Shown: positions 38,303-47,987 of the stretch, in pieces
How positions within the stretch are numbered: the stretch's first letter is position 1
Layout: each line of letters starts with the position of its first letter
Source: Chitinophagaceae bacterium
Lineage (GTDB): Bacteria; Bacteroidota; Bacteroidia; Chitinophagales; Chitinophagaceae
Length of the DNA stretch: 64,000 nucleotides
NCBI GenBank assembly: GCA_049318705.1
Contig: JBMOFV010000009.1
Coordinates: forward strand, 31,655 to 95,654
Direction of reading: 5' to 3'
Translations under genes and position numbers: made by a program
Notes under the pieces: generated by a model
What the model was told of the DNA's origin: nothing
The model's database searches: none
The model's input: the letters and a program-made list of their open reading frames with translations, nothing else

Positions 38303-38577
38303 AATATGGAAAATACAGGAGATTCATGGCTAAGCAGGACAAATGCGGCAGGGATTGTAGTGGATAGCCCGAATCCGCCGCGGCGGAGAGGACTTGAAAC
38401 GAAAAGCCCGCCCGGCCGCCCAAAAATTGAATTTTTACGACAGAACCCCTGCTTTCAACCCGTGAGGAAGCAAAAGGGAGGGGAAAGGAGGGATAAAAAA
38501 ACAGGGTTTGCGGAAAAAAATTGTGTTTTTCTGAACAATTTTACTATCATTGTATCTCGAAATTAGAAACAGAGCAT

Positions 38578-39108
38578 ATGAGAAAATCACTTTTTGGAAT
38601 CGTTGCGCTTTTGGTCTTGGTATTGATCAGTAATCTGGCCTCCGCTCAACGTGAGAATGAGGACCTGATCCGCGTTTATCGCTGGTTAAATACTGTAGAC
38701 AATAACTATGTTACCCTGGCGGATGGCGAATTCCAGGAAGGACAATTGCTTCAGTGGAAATACAAGGAAAAAACCTTGTTGTTTTATGCCTACAAAACCC
38801 CTGGTCCGGATCGTGTTGCTGTTTATCGCTGGACCAATCCTGTAACAAAAGATCAAACATCGATTGCTGAAGATGAAGTATCAGACAGCGATATGATGCA
38901 AAAAGGTTATACCTTAAAATCATTGCAGTTTTATGCACCGATTCGCCGCGCGGAAAACCATGTTGCTGTTTATCGTTGGTACCGTACAAAAACCAAAGAT
39001 TGGGTTACATTTCAGGAATACGGAGATACCGATAAATTATGGGATAAGGGTTACAAAATGAAAACCTTCCAGTATTACGGCATCATGCGTAACGAATACG
39101 AACAATAG
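38578..39108 (+). CDS. Secreted protein made of three ~49-aa VYRW repeats (DUF5648-like)
   Basis: Start taken at the ATG at 38578 (MRKSLFGIVALLVLVLISNLASAQ). Three units: VYRW-x-N/R...D..[ST]...(K/W)(G/K)Y..K[ST][LF].[FY]Y. Confidence 0.7.
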   Translation: MRKSLFGIVALLVLVLISNLASAQRENEDLIRVYRWLNTVDNNYVTLADGEFQEGQLLQWKYKEKTLLFYAYKTPGPDRVAVYRWTNPVTKDQTSIAEDEVSDSDMMQKGYTLKSLQFYAPIRRAENHVAVYRWYRTKTKDWVTFQEYGDTDKLWDKGYKMKTFQYYGIMRNEYEQ

Positions 39109-39129
39109 TATTACAACTAAACAACTTTT

Positions 39130-39159
39130 AAAAAACTACCTGCGGGTGGTTTTTTTTTT
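39130..39159 (+). terminator. Rho-independent (potentially bidirectional) terminator
   Basis: AAAAAACTACC-tgcg-GGTGGTTTTTTTTTT, 22 nt after the stop codon. Confidence 0.6.
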
Positions 39160-39456
39160 GAGATGAAGTGTATCTCCTGTTTTAGTTTAGGCGGTATACA
39201 GTTGTAACATGGCGCATGTTGCTGATCCGGTTTGTGGTGTTCACCGTATTGAGGGTGTTTTTTGTGATTTATCAATGGCCACTTGCAGGAAGAAAACAAC
39301 GAAGCGGCGATTTTTTTGAAGCATTTGTATACCAGTAGAAGTGATACTTCACAAGCCGGTCGCTGGCGGGATAAAGCCCTGAGTTTTCAGCAGTTGGTGT
39401 ATGAGAATGTGCGATTGAGAAAATAGTTCTGTAGGTGTGTTCCTTTATAACATTGT

Positions 39457-40539
39457 TTAGCGCGATCCTGTTAACTTTTGTTTGAATGCCATAATACGGC
39501 GATAACTTTCATCAATTCTTTTTTCGCTAATCAAACCCTGCTTGACCATTTGCCGGATGGTGCTGTGAATTTTGCCGGGGGAATAATTATTCGATTGACT
39601 GATATTATTGCTAAACATTAAAATGTCCACGCCGGCGAGAATAGCCATTTTAATACTTTCTTCAAACCCGTAATTGGAACTGATGGCATGCATTTGCATA
39701 TCATCGCTGACAATCACGCCTTGAAAGCCCAATTGTTTGCGGAGTACATCTTGTAAAATAGTTTTGGATAAGGTGGCGGGTAAGCCGCTTTGATCCAATT
39801 GTCGATTTACGACATGCGCTGTCATGACCATATCTACCACACCTTCCTGAATCAACATTTCATAGGGGCGTAGTTCTTTTTTCGTCCAGTATTTACTGAC
39901 GTCGGTAAGGCCGAGATGCGAGTCGGTACGGCTGCTGCCATGTCCTGGGAAATGTTTGACGACTGTGCGAACCCCTTGATTCCGATGCGTTTCGATATAC
40001 AGGCCGGCCACATGGGCCACGATTTCAGGATTGGCAGAAAAACATCGACTGCGTTTGCCGAGAACGGGACAGCGCACATCGTGCAGGTCGAGTACAGGAG
40101 CATAGTTCAGATTGATACCACAACTGATTAAGCTTAGAGCCATACGCTGCGCTATTTCGGTGGTATAGTCATCGTTGTTTTTATCGCCCACTGATTTGGC
40201 GGAGGGCATAACCGGAAAACCATACTTTGTTTTTAGTCGATTCACTTGACCGCCTTCCTGATCAATAGAAATGATCAGCGGTATGGTAGCGGCATTTTGC
40301 AGATTTGTAGTCAGGTTTTGTAAACTTTTTTTGGCAGATGCCGGATTTAAATTTCTTTCAAAAAGCAGGATACCTCCGACGATTCCTTTTTTGACATCCT
40401 GTAAAATGCCCGATTGCTGATTGACAGAATGACCTTTCATGCCGGCCATGATCATTTGTCCGATTTTAATATCCAAACTATCTGCAAACAATTGGGTGAG
40501 CGCGAAGCACAGGAAGAGTGAAAGAAATATTTTTTTCAT
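39457..40539 (-). CDS. nagZ: Beta-N-acetylhexosaminidase (glycoside hydrolase family 3, NagZ-like)
   Basis: IDQEGGQVNRL, NLNYAPVLD, KHFPGHGSSRTDSH, VMTAH..N. Start taken at MKKIFLSLFLCFALTQLFA (40539); the ORF reaches 40560. Confidence 0.8.
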   Translation of the reverse strand: MKKIFLSLFLCFALTQLFADSLDIKIGQMIMAGMKGHSVNQQSGILQDVKKGIVGGILLFERNLNPASAKKSLQNLTTNLQNAATIPLIISIDQEGGQVNRLKTKYGFPVMPSAKSVGDKNNDDYTTEIAQRMALSLISCGINLNYAPVLDLHDVRCPVLGKRSRCFSANPEIVAHVAGLYIETHRNQGVRTVVKHFPGHGSSRTDSHLGLTDVSKYWTKKELRPYEMLIQEGVVDMVMTAHVVNRQLDQSGLPATLSKTILQDVLRKQLGFQGVIVSDDMQMHAISSNYGFEESIKMAILAGVDILMFSNNISQSNNYSPGKIHSTIRQMVKQGLISEKRIDESYRRIMAFKQKLTGSR

Positions 40540-40730
40540 ACAAAAGTAGTAAGGCAACAAAACTACATCCTGCGCCTGAATTATTGTTGGGGTAAATTAT
40601 TCATAAACTCAATCCAATAATAAAGAAAGCGAATCCCAACCAATCAACTAAATTCGGGGTCTTAATAACGCATCCTTTTGATCACTATAGCTGATACATT
40701 CAATCTAAAAGGAATAAACATCCTATTTAT

Positions 40731-42287
40731 ATGAAAAAATATATAATGTCCTTGATCTTCTTGTTCATCGGATCAACTACGATGATACAAGCCCAGCCTT
40801 TAAACGTGGTTGATTTTGGAAATTCATCTTATACCTTATTGGGGGAAAAAGGGTGTATTGATGATTTGGGCAATTACGTCATGGGCGGAAGAAAGAATTT
40901 TAATAGTAACGATTGGGTGCATTTGGCGATGTTTAATGCCAACTACCAGCCACAATGGAGTTATTATCTCAACAAAACCGGATATATAGCCAGTAAAATA
41001 AAACAAACCAAAGACAAGAATTACGTGGCCTTGTACAGTTCAGGGATATCTGCGATTATATTTAAGTTTAGTGTGAATGGCACCATTTTATGGTACAAAC
41101 AATTTAACAATGTGGCGGAGTGGGATGATTTTTACGAAGACAGCAACAATGACTTGTATGTGTGCGGCAATATGCTTGAAAAAAATATTGTGATGAAAAT
41201 GAATTCTGCGGGAACGGTTGTTTGGTCCTATCAGTTTATATCCGATCAGGGGGCTAACTACTATTTTGGTCGAAATATACAGGAAGTATCTGACGGTAAT
41301 TTGGTCATAGCCGGTGCGGCTTCTATCGTGAGTAATTCGCTGGGCGCTCATATTGTGGTCATCAAAATCAACAAACAGGGCCAGTTAATTTGGTCGAAAA
41401 TTCATAAAGGTCCGGGTAAATCCATTATGGCTGTGGCTATGGCGGAGTCTGATATCGACGGGTCCTTGGTGGCTATTGGTTATACCGGTAATATGATGGA
41501 TGCAAATTCCTTTGATGGTTTTATGTTGAAAATGGATTCAGCAGGTAATCACATCACCAACAAAACTGTGGCCTTTAACTACTGGGATTACTTTTACGAT
41601 ATTTGTTTGATGGGGAATGGTCAGATGATGGCGATTGGCATGAGTAAACCCGTGCAGGTTTGTGGTGGGAATTTATTTTACACACGTTTCGATCAGGTGG
41701 GCGATACGGTCTTAACCAGGGTTTATGGCACACCTTCGGGCAATGGGGCGAATTTTAATAATATTCAAAAGCGAAATCAGGATTATTATTCATTCGGATT
41801 GGGTTCCTTGTGGGCGAATATTGCAAGTGGGTATGAATATCAAATGGTAAGGGTTGACAGCATGGCGATGGGGCCTTGTAAACTTTACGCTCAGCAGTTT
41901 ACAGTGCAGACCTTAAATGTGACTACCCTGGGTTCCGTAAGCCGAACAAATTTTACACCAGCGATTGTGACAGAATATCAAATAACGAAAGACACCCTTT
42001 ATGCGGTAAATGCCTGTAGCGGTCAGCCATTGGAACTGAAAGAAATTAAACGGGCAGTGAATATTTCATTATATCCAAATCCATCTCGCGACAATTTGTA
42101 CGTTCAATGCAGTGAGCGAATTCAGCAGCTGAAAGTTTATGACCTCAATGGCAGGGTCTTGATGCAACAAACATGTCAGATGCCTGCTTGGATTTTACCG
42201 GTGGGGAATCTGAAAAACGGGATTTATGTGATTCGTTTGGAAATGGAAAATGGGGAAGTGGCCAGCAGGCAGTTTGTAAAGGAGTAG
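40731..42287 (+). CDS. Hypothetical beta-propeller-like secreted protein with T9SS C-terminal sorting domain
   Basis: Signal peptide MKKYIMSLIFLFIGSTTMIQAQ. Recurrent ...G..(I/V)W(S/Y)... strands. C-terminal ISLYPNPSRDNLYVQ...NGIYVIRLEMENGEVASRQFVKE. Confidence 0.7.
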   Translation: MKKYIMSLIFLFIGSTTMIQAQPLNVVDFGNSSYTLLGEKGCIDDLGNYVMGGRKNFNSNDWVHLAMFNANYQPQWSYYLNKTGYIASKIKQTKDKNYVALYSSGISAIIFKFSVNGTILWYKQFNNVAEWDDFYEDSNNDLYVCGNMLEKNIVMKMNSAGTVVWSYQFISDQGANYYFGRNIQEVSDGNLVIAGAASIVSNSLGAHIVVIKINKQGQLIWSKIHKGPGKSIMAVAMAESDIDGSLVAIGYTGNMMDANSFDGFMLKMDSAGNHITNKTVAFNYWDYFYDICLMGNGQMMAIGMSKPVQVCGGNLFYTRFDQVGDTVLTRVYGTPSGNGANFNNIQKRNQDYYSFGLGSLWANIASGYEYQMVRVDSMAMGPCKLYAQQFTVQTLNVTTLGSVSRTNFTPAIVTEYQITKDTLYAVNACSGQPLELKEIKRAVNISLYPNPSRDNLYVQCSERIQQLKVYDLNGRVLMQQTCQMPAWILPVGNLKNGIYVIRLEMENGEVASRQFVKE

Positions 42288-42343
42288 GTTTGTGTGAAGG
42301 GTGGTGTGATTGATTTCGAACGATTTTCTTACATTTACAGCGC

Positions 42344-42847
42344 ATGAATCAGCGGTTAGCGGTTGTAACCCTTATCTTATTTTTGGTCGCACACAGTTTG
42401 GCGATGGTTTTGTCATTCATGATTTTAAACCATCAGAATACCTACCCGCACACTAAAAATCATGTTTATCGAACACTGACATTTACGCAAGAAACCTGGA
42501 GTCAGGTTGTCTTTGTCAAGAAGAATGAAATTCGACTACAACAAGGTATGTTTGATATTCGATCAGTAAAACATACTGAAAAAGGTGTTGAGGTTTATGG
42601 ACATTACGATCATAAAGAAGATTTGCTGCGAAAAGCACAATCTAAACATGATGATGAAAAGAAAAGTCAAAAAAATTTTTCATCTGTTTTTCAGGGGCCA
42701 CTCATGTGTGCGTGTTTGCCCCAATTTCGATTTGGATGGTATATCCACGAGAAATTGTGTTATAAGCCTTTTGTGCAACCTTATCGGTTTAGTTTACCCG
42801 ATTTAATTCCTAATCCGCCTGAGTGCGCGGTTTATGAAACAGTTTAG
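42344..42847 (+). CDS. Hypothetical membrane-anchored protein
   Basis: 167-aa ORF with the N-terminal hydrophobic helix LAVVTLILFLVAHSLAMVLSFMIL. No family recognised. Confidence 0.45.
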   Translation: MNQRLAVVTLILFLVAHSLAMVLSFMILNHQNTYPHTKNHVYRTLTFTQETWSQVVFVKKNEIRLQQGMFDIRSVKHTEKGVEVYGHYDHKEDLLRKAQSKHDDEKKSQKNFSSVFQGPLMCACLPQFRFGWYIHEKLCYKPFVQPYRFSLPDLIPNPPECAVYETV

Positions 42848-43226
42848 TTCAGCAGGTATTCCTGAGTTTAAAAGCGATCATTCATGGTTGATGTGTAGTT
42901 CCTTTTGATATAAATGGACTATGCAAACATGAAAAAAAGAATTTGAATATTTCTGAATATTTAAACTGGTTTCAATTTCTAAGAAGAACTTTCTTTTTAA
43001 AACAACTAATGTCCTTTGGAATGATTCAATAGGGCAAAAACTATTTCAAGGATAGAATGGCCAGGATATTGGAGAAGCAGATTAGCATGATGAATATTAT
43101 TCTAATTTGAAATCACAATCCGTGTCATTCATCATTTAGAAATTATTCCAATATTAAAACACAGCATACGGGCTAAAGGAAAATTTCCAAAGTCCTCTTT
43201 GATGCTTTACAATAAATAACATTCAA

Positions 43227-45443
43227 ATGAAACATATCATTTTTAATATCATTTTACTCAGCAGTTGCTTGTCTGCATATAGTCAAACACAAGAACAAAA
43301 AGATTCTGTAAAAAAAGTGGAACTCAATGAGTTTGTCGTTTCCGGAAACAAATTTGAGGAGCGGAAAAAAAATGTGACCCAACGAATAGAGGTGGTTAGT
43401 AGTCAGGAAATGGCCAAAATGAATGCCCAAACTACAGCTGATGTGCTCACCAATACCGGACAGGTATTTGTACAAAAGAGTCAACAAGGTGGTGGGAGTC
43501 CGGTAATCAGAGGGTTTGAAGCTGCACGTATTCAACTCAATGTGGACGGCATTCGAATGAACAATGCCATCTACCGGACGGGTCATTTGCAAAATATCGT
43601 TACTATGGATAATAATTCATTGGAGCGATTGGAGGTGTTGTACGGGCCGGCATCAACCATTCATGGAAGCGATGCGTTAGGGGGTGTGATTTTATTAAAG
43701 ACCCGTGATCCTAAACATGGTAAGACTAAAAAAATGGAGTTAACCGGCACGAATGCATTACTGAGGTATTCGACCATTAATCAGGAAAAAACAGCCAATG
43801 TCGGAGTCACTTTTGGGAACAAAAATTTTGCATCTCTTACAAATTTAACGTTTTCAAATTTTGGAGATATGGTGCAAGGAAAAAATGGTGTAGACAGCAT
43901 TATGGATTTGTGGAAGAAAAAATTTGTGGTCGAGCGAATCAATGGGGTTGATACCTTGGTACCAAATTCGGATCCATTCAAACAGGTTTCAAGCGGCTAT
44001 TCGCAATTTGATTTATTGCAGAAATTTTCTATTCGAAGCTCTCAGAAAATTCGTCACATGATTAATTTTCAACTATCCAATTCAACGGATGTGCCCCGCT
44101 ATGACCGTTTGACGGAACAGTCGAATGGCGTTCCACGAAGCGCGCAATGGTATTACGGGCCACAGTTTCGAACATTGGCAGCCTATGAATTTAACGCCAG
44201 GAATTTAAACGGATTTTTTAATGATGTAACGGCGACAATCAGTCATCAGTTTGTAGAAGAAAGTCGGCACAACAGAAACTATAAAAGCGCGAATCTCAAT
44301 CATCGGGTGGAGCGAATTCACGTGAGTGGTTTCAATGTTGCTGTCAGACATAAAGATGACATCAACGAAATAAGTATTGGTACAGATGCACAATTTAATA
44401 GCCTTAAATCCGTGGCTGAAAAAGAAAATATCAATACCGGAGAAGTATCAAAACTGGACACCCGTTATCCGGACGGTAAAAATAACATGAATCTATTTGG
44501 ACTATATTATCAGCATATCTTAAAGCTGATGGATGGAAAATTAGTCATGAATGATGGAATTAGGTTTAACTATACCAGTTTACATTCGACGATAATAGAT
44601 ACTTCTATTTTATTTCGTTTGCCATTTACAGATTTGAGTCAACGCAATCGCGCACTTACAGGAAATATAGGTTTGGCATATATGCCGGATGATGAAATTC
44701 GTTTTAATATCAACTTCTCGAGTGGATTTCGATCTCCAAATTTTGATGATATGACCAAGGTGTTTGAATCGGTAAGTGGTCAAAGGTTGATCGTGCCAAA
44801 TACCGACTTAAAGCCTGAAGAAACACGCAATGTGGATTTAGGGATTCGTTACAATGATGGAATTGTGGATTTAAACGTGTATGGATTTTATACTCATTTT
44901 GTAAATGCGATTGTTTCGGATGTGTATACTTTTAACGGAAGTGATTCAATTCTGTATGACGGGGTTTTGACGCCGGTTTTTGCCAGTCAAAACAAGGCCA
45001 GGGCGTTTGTATATGGAGGTGGATTTCAATTCATTTACCGACCCACGATGCGCTTGTCATTAAATGCTTCAATGAATTATACTTATGGCCGGTTTAACAA
45101 TGATACCATTTTGGTGCCGCTGGATCATGTGCCTCCTGTGATTGGTCGTTTTGGGATTAAATATGAAGAGGATCATTTCTACGGAGAGATTTTTAGTATA
45201 TTTAACGGCCGTAAAAAACTCCAGGATTATAACCCGGGTGGGGAAGATAATTTACAATATGCAACACCTCAGGGAATGCCAGCCTGGTACACAATCAATT
45301 TTAGAGCTGGGTTTACTTTGGCCAAATATGTTCAATTACAAGCTGGCGTTGAAAATATTCTTGATCGGAATTATCGACATTTTGCTTCCGGATTTAGTGC
45401 ACCGGGCAGGAATTTTGTATTGGCGGTCCGATTCAGGTATTAA
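43227..45443 (+). CDS. TonB-dependent receptor (heme/hemoglobin-receptor-like subfamily features)
   Basis: Signal peptide. Plug domain QRIEVVSSQEM......DVL....GV.VQKSQQGGGSPVIRGFEA.RI...VDGIRMNNAI. FRSPNF and PNTDLKPE resemble the FRAP/NPNL boxes. C-terminal ...RNFVLAVRFRY. Confidence 0.85.
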   Translation: MKHIIFNIILLSSCLSAYSQTQEQKDSVKKVELNEFVVSGNKFEERKKNVTQRIEVVSSQEMAKMNAQTTADVLTNTGQVFVQKSQQGGGSPVIRGFEAARIQLNVDGIRMNNAIYRTGHLQNIVTMDNNSLERLEVLYGPASTIHGSDALGGVILLKTRDPKHGKTKKMELTGTNALLRYSTINQEKTANVGVTFGNKNFASLTNLTFSNFGDMVQGKNGVDSIMDLWKKKFVVERINGVDTLVPNSDPFKQVSSGYSQFDLLQKFSIRSSQKIRHMINFQLSNSTDVPRYDRLTEQSNGVPRSAQWYYGPQFRTLAAYEFNARNLNGFFNDVTATISHQFVEESRHNRNYKSANLNHRVERIHVSGFNVAVRHKDDINEISIGTDAQFNSLKSVAEKENINTGEVSKLDTRYPDGKNNMNLFGLYYQHILKLMDGKLVMNDGIRFNYTSLHSTIIDTSILFRLPFTDLSQRNRALTGNIGLAYMPDDEIRFNINFSSGFRSPNFDDMTKVFESVSGQRLIVPNTDLKPEETRNVDLGIRYNDGIVDLNVYGFYTHFVNAIVSDVYTFNGSDSILYDGVLTPVFASQNKARAFVYGGGFQFIYRPTMRLSLNASMNYTYGRFNNDTILVPLDHVPPVIGRFGIKYEEDHFYGEIFSIFNGRKKLQDYNPGGEDNLQYATPQGMPAWYTINFRAGFTLAKYVQLQAGVENILDRNYRHFASGFSAPGRNFVLAVRFRY

Positions 45444-45530
45444 TACTTATGGTAGAAATAGACGATCGCTTCATTACACGAAACGTATTTAGTGCTTGCC
45501 CAAAAACTCGAAGGCGTTCAACAAATCCGC

Positions 45531-45560
45531 TCCGCTGAAATGGATGCGGGTTTGTTTTTT
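45531..45560. terminator. Hairpin plus T-tract between convergent genes
   Basis: ACAAATCCGC-loop-GCGGGTTTGT followed by TTTTTT. Confidence 0.45.
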
Positions 45561-45598
45561 AATCTCTTTTTGTTCAAATCAACAAGTTCACAAAACAA

Positions 45599-45973
45599 CT
45601 ATAACCCTTGTTTGCTAAGTAAATATCGGATCACCACTTTTTGTAAGTCGCGCAATAAAATAAGCTTGGTGAGCGAAACGCTCAACGACGTATCCCATGA
45701 AAGCATTTCTTTGACATATTTTTCAGGTACATCCACCCGATAAAGAATATCCATTAATCCCACATTCCCCTTTTGCAGCATCTTATCGATTTGCGGCTGC
45801 AGTTGCCCGAAGAGTTCATCAAATGCCGTATTGATTTGTCCGCTGTAACTTAGTTCAATGCCGAACATCCCTAAATCTTTTTGTACCTGTGCTACACAGG
45901 CATTGATCATCTCCTGTTTATTCATCCAGGGTTGAAGTTCGGTCATCGTTAATTGGGGTAGTGAATCCATCAT
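45599..45973 (-). CDS. Hypothetical protein (124 aa)
   Basis: ORF with ordinary helical-protein composition. No signal peptide and no recognisable motif. Confidence 0.5.
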   Translation of the reverse strand: MMDSLPQLTMTELQPWMNKQEMINACVAQVQKDLGMFGIELSYSGQINTAFDELFGQLQPQIDKMLQKGNVGLMDILYRVDVPEKYVKEMLSWDTSLSVSLTKLILLRDLQKVVIRYLLSKQGL

Positions 45974-46184
45974 ATTTAAAACTTATGTTGTGCCGAATTG
46001 CCGTCTTCCGTGTAATACGAATTGTTAGATAAACCAATTCTTATCCTGTTTTGGGTACGAGGTAAATGCCAAAAGGAATTATGTACACTATGTATCAAAG
46101 ATACGAATCGGTCTTAAGCATTTTCATTTTATACGTTTCGTTAATTCCTATGCTTTTAATCATAGAGCGGGATTGAGGAGGACT

Positions 46185-47078
46185 TCAATTTCGATTGCCT
46201 TGTAAACCTCCGGTATGAATCAGGAGTATGCGGCTTTTGGGCGGAATTTGCGCTTTGTTCAGTAAATCAAATACAGCAAAAAACATTTTAGCAGTGTATA
46301 CCCGGTCGAGGGGAATCTGGTGTTTATCCTCAAAAAACTTCATCCATTCAAACAAAGCAGGCGGACATTTTCCGAATCCCCCAAAATGATATTCGGTAAA
46401 GAGTTGAATGTTTTTACCGGCATGACTTTGTTCTAATTGGCTCCTCAGTGTTTCATGTCCTTTAAACGCCGGGAATCCCCATGCCTGATGTCGGTGGTCG
46501 CTCATCGCAGCAATGCCTTTAAAGGTGGTGGCAGTGCCAATCGGGCAGGCAAAAATATCATACTCAGTCTGCATCGATTCCGACACGATTTCACAACAAC
46601 CCTGATAACCGGCTTCATTATCACCACCTTCCGGAATATGGAAGTAATCGGGATAATTTTCTTTTATATGATTTAAAACGGATGACTGATTTTTGAGTCG
46701 GTATGTTTCACGATCCATCCATTTTATTTTCATGCCCCATGATTGACAATCACGAAGAGTTGGATTGTCAACCACATCTCCCCGAACAAAACCGATACTC
46801 TCCATGCCCAGGCAGTGGCAGGCATAGGCAAGTGCATGCAGGTGATTGGAATATGCACCGCCAAAGGATTGTACTTTCGTAAATCCTTGTTCCGCAGCTT
46901 GTAAGAGATTGTATTTGAGTTTAAACCATTTGTTTCCTGAAATCTGGGCATGGATTAAATCCAATCTCAATACATCCAATTGGATATGCTGTTTGGCAGC
47001 TTGTTCCGAAAAAAGACATTGTATCCGTGTTTCGGTTGATTGAAAAAATTGTTTTATGATTTGTACATACGAGTCCAT
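46185..47078 (-). CDS. PLP-dependent ACC deaminase / D-cysteine desulfhydrase family protein
   Basis: SGNKWFKLKYNL (lysine-containing PLP motif region), GGAYSNH, HIPEGG, IHTGG. Confidence 0.7.
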   Translation of the reverse strand: MDSYVQIIKQFFQSTETRIQCLFSEQAAKQHIQLDVLRLDLIHAQISGNKWFKLKYNLLQAAEQGFTKVQSFGGAYSNHLHALAYACHCLGMESIGFVRGDVVDNPTLRDCQSWGMKIKWMDRETYRLKNQSSVLNHIKENYPDYFHIPEGGDNEAGYQGCCEIVSESMQTEYDIFACPIGTATTFKGIAAMSDHRHQAWGFPAFKGHETLRSQLEQSHAGKNIQLFTEYHFGGFGKCPPALFEWMKFFEDKHQIPLDRVYTAKMFFAVFDLLNKAQIPPKSRILLIHTGGLQGNRN

Positions 47079-47088
47079 GCATGATGGA

Positions 47089-47964
47089 TTAATAACCGTA
47101 TTCTTTCAGGTAGAGATCATTGTTGCGCCAGTCTTTCCGCACTTTAACATGTAATTCTAAAAACACTTTACGGTCAATAAATTTTTCGATGTCCTCTCGG
47201 GATAATTGGCCTATTTTTTTAATCATACTCCCTCCCTTGCCGATTAAAATAAATTTTTGCGTATCCCGGCTCACAACAATATCTGCTACAATTTTGGTCA
47301 GGGTCGTTTTTTCTTCATATTGTCTGACAATCACGGCTGCATGATAAGGCAATTCTTCATCCAGTTCAAAAAACAATTTTTCACGAATCATTTCGGCCAC
47401 AAAAAACCGCATGGGTTTGTCGGTGAGTGTATCCTCATCATAATAAGGCGGCATGATAGGGAGGAAATGGATAATTTGTTGAAGTAAATGATCCAGATTT
47501 TGTTTTTGCAGGGCGGAAATTAATACGACCTGATCAATGGATTTTTGGCTCTTGTATATTTGTACAAGGGAGGCGGCAAGGTCAGATTTAATTTTATCGG
47601 ATTTATTGATGACCAGAATCAGCGGTGTTTTAATTTTCAGATTTGAAATGATTTCCATCACTTCTTCGGGTTTCTCCTTAGGATCTGTGATAAACAAAAC
47701 CACATCCGTTCCTTGTTTGACCGCACTCACTTCCTTCATCATTTTTTCGTGCAACTTATAGCGCGATTCAAGGATACCAGGTGTGTCCGAAAAAATGATC
47801 TGGTAATTATTTTCGTTTAGGATACCCAAAATTTTATTTCGGGTAGTTTGTGCTTTGGGTGAAACGATGGCCAATTTTTCGCCCAAAAGGGCATTCATCA
47901 GGGTTGATTTTCCAGCATTGGGTTTGCCAAAAATGCCCACAAAGCCGCTTCTAAAATCTTCCAT
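47089..47964 (-). CDS. era: GTPase Era
   Basis: GFVGIFGKPNAGKSTLMNALLGEKLAIVSPKAQTTRN...DTPG...NKSD and a C-terminal KH domain (LIGKGGSMIKKIG). Confidence 0.92.
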   Translation of the reverse strand: MEDFRSGFVGIFGKPNAGKSTLMNALLGEKLAIVSPKAQTTRNKILGILNENNYQIIFSDTPGILESRYKLHEKMMKEVSAVKQGTDVVLFITDPKEKPEEVMEIISNLKIKTPLILVINKSDKIKSDLAASLVQIYKSQKSIDQVVLISALQKQNLDHLLQQIIHFLPIMPPYYDEDTLTDKPMRFFVAEMIREKLFFELDEELPYHAAVIVRQYEEKTTLTKIVADIVVSRDTQKFILIGKGGSMIKKIGQLSREDIEKFIDRKVFLELHVKVRKDWRNNDLYLKEYGY

Positions 47965-47987
47965 TAGGACAAAGATAACAATTCGCG

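Noticed and set aside
38276-38566. 96-aa ORF on the plus strand
   Set aside because: The translation is low-complexity (PPRRRG, KGGERRDKK). It starts inside the right arm of the family-2 element and runs into the real start region of the next gene, so it is most likely non-coding.
39160-39456. Possible small gene or gene remnant in the 300-bp spacer (for example a TTG-started ~45-codon frame ending ...QQLVYENVRLRK)
   Set aside because: There is no ATG start, no recognisable motif and no supporting promoter. This is insufficient to call a gene or pseudogene.
42848-43226. Riboswitch (for example cobalamin) or Fur-type control region upstream of the TonB-dependent receptor
   Set aside because: The 380-bp spacer is AT-rich and lacks any GC-rich conserved aptamer core. 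I only see a short direct repeat TGAATATTT-C-TGAATATTT (about 42945-42965), which is too little to call a regulatory site.
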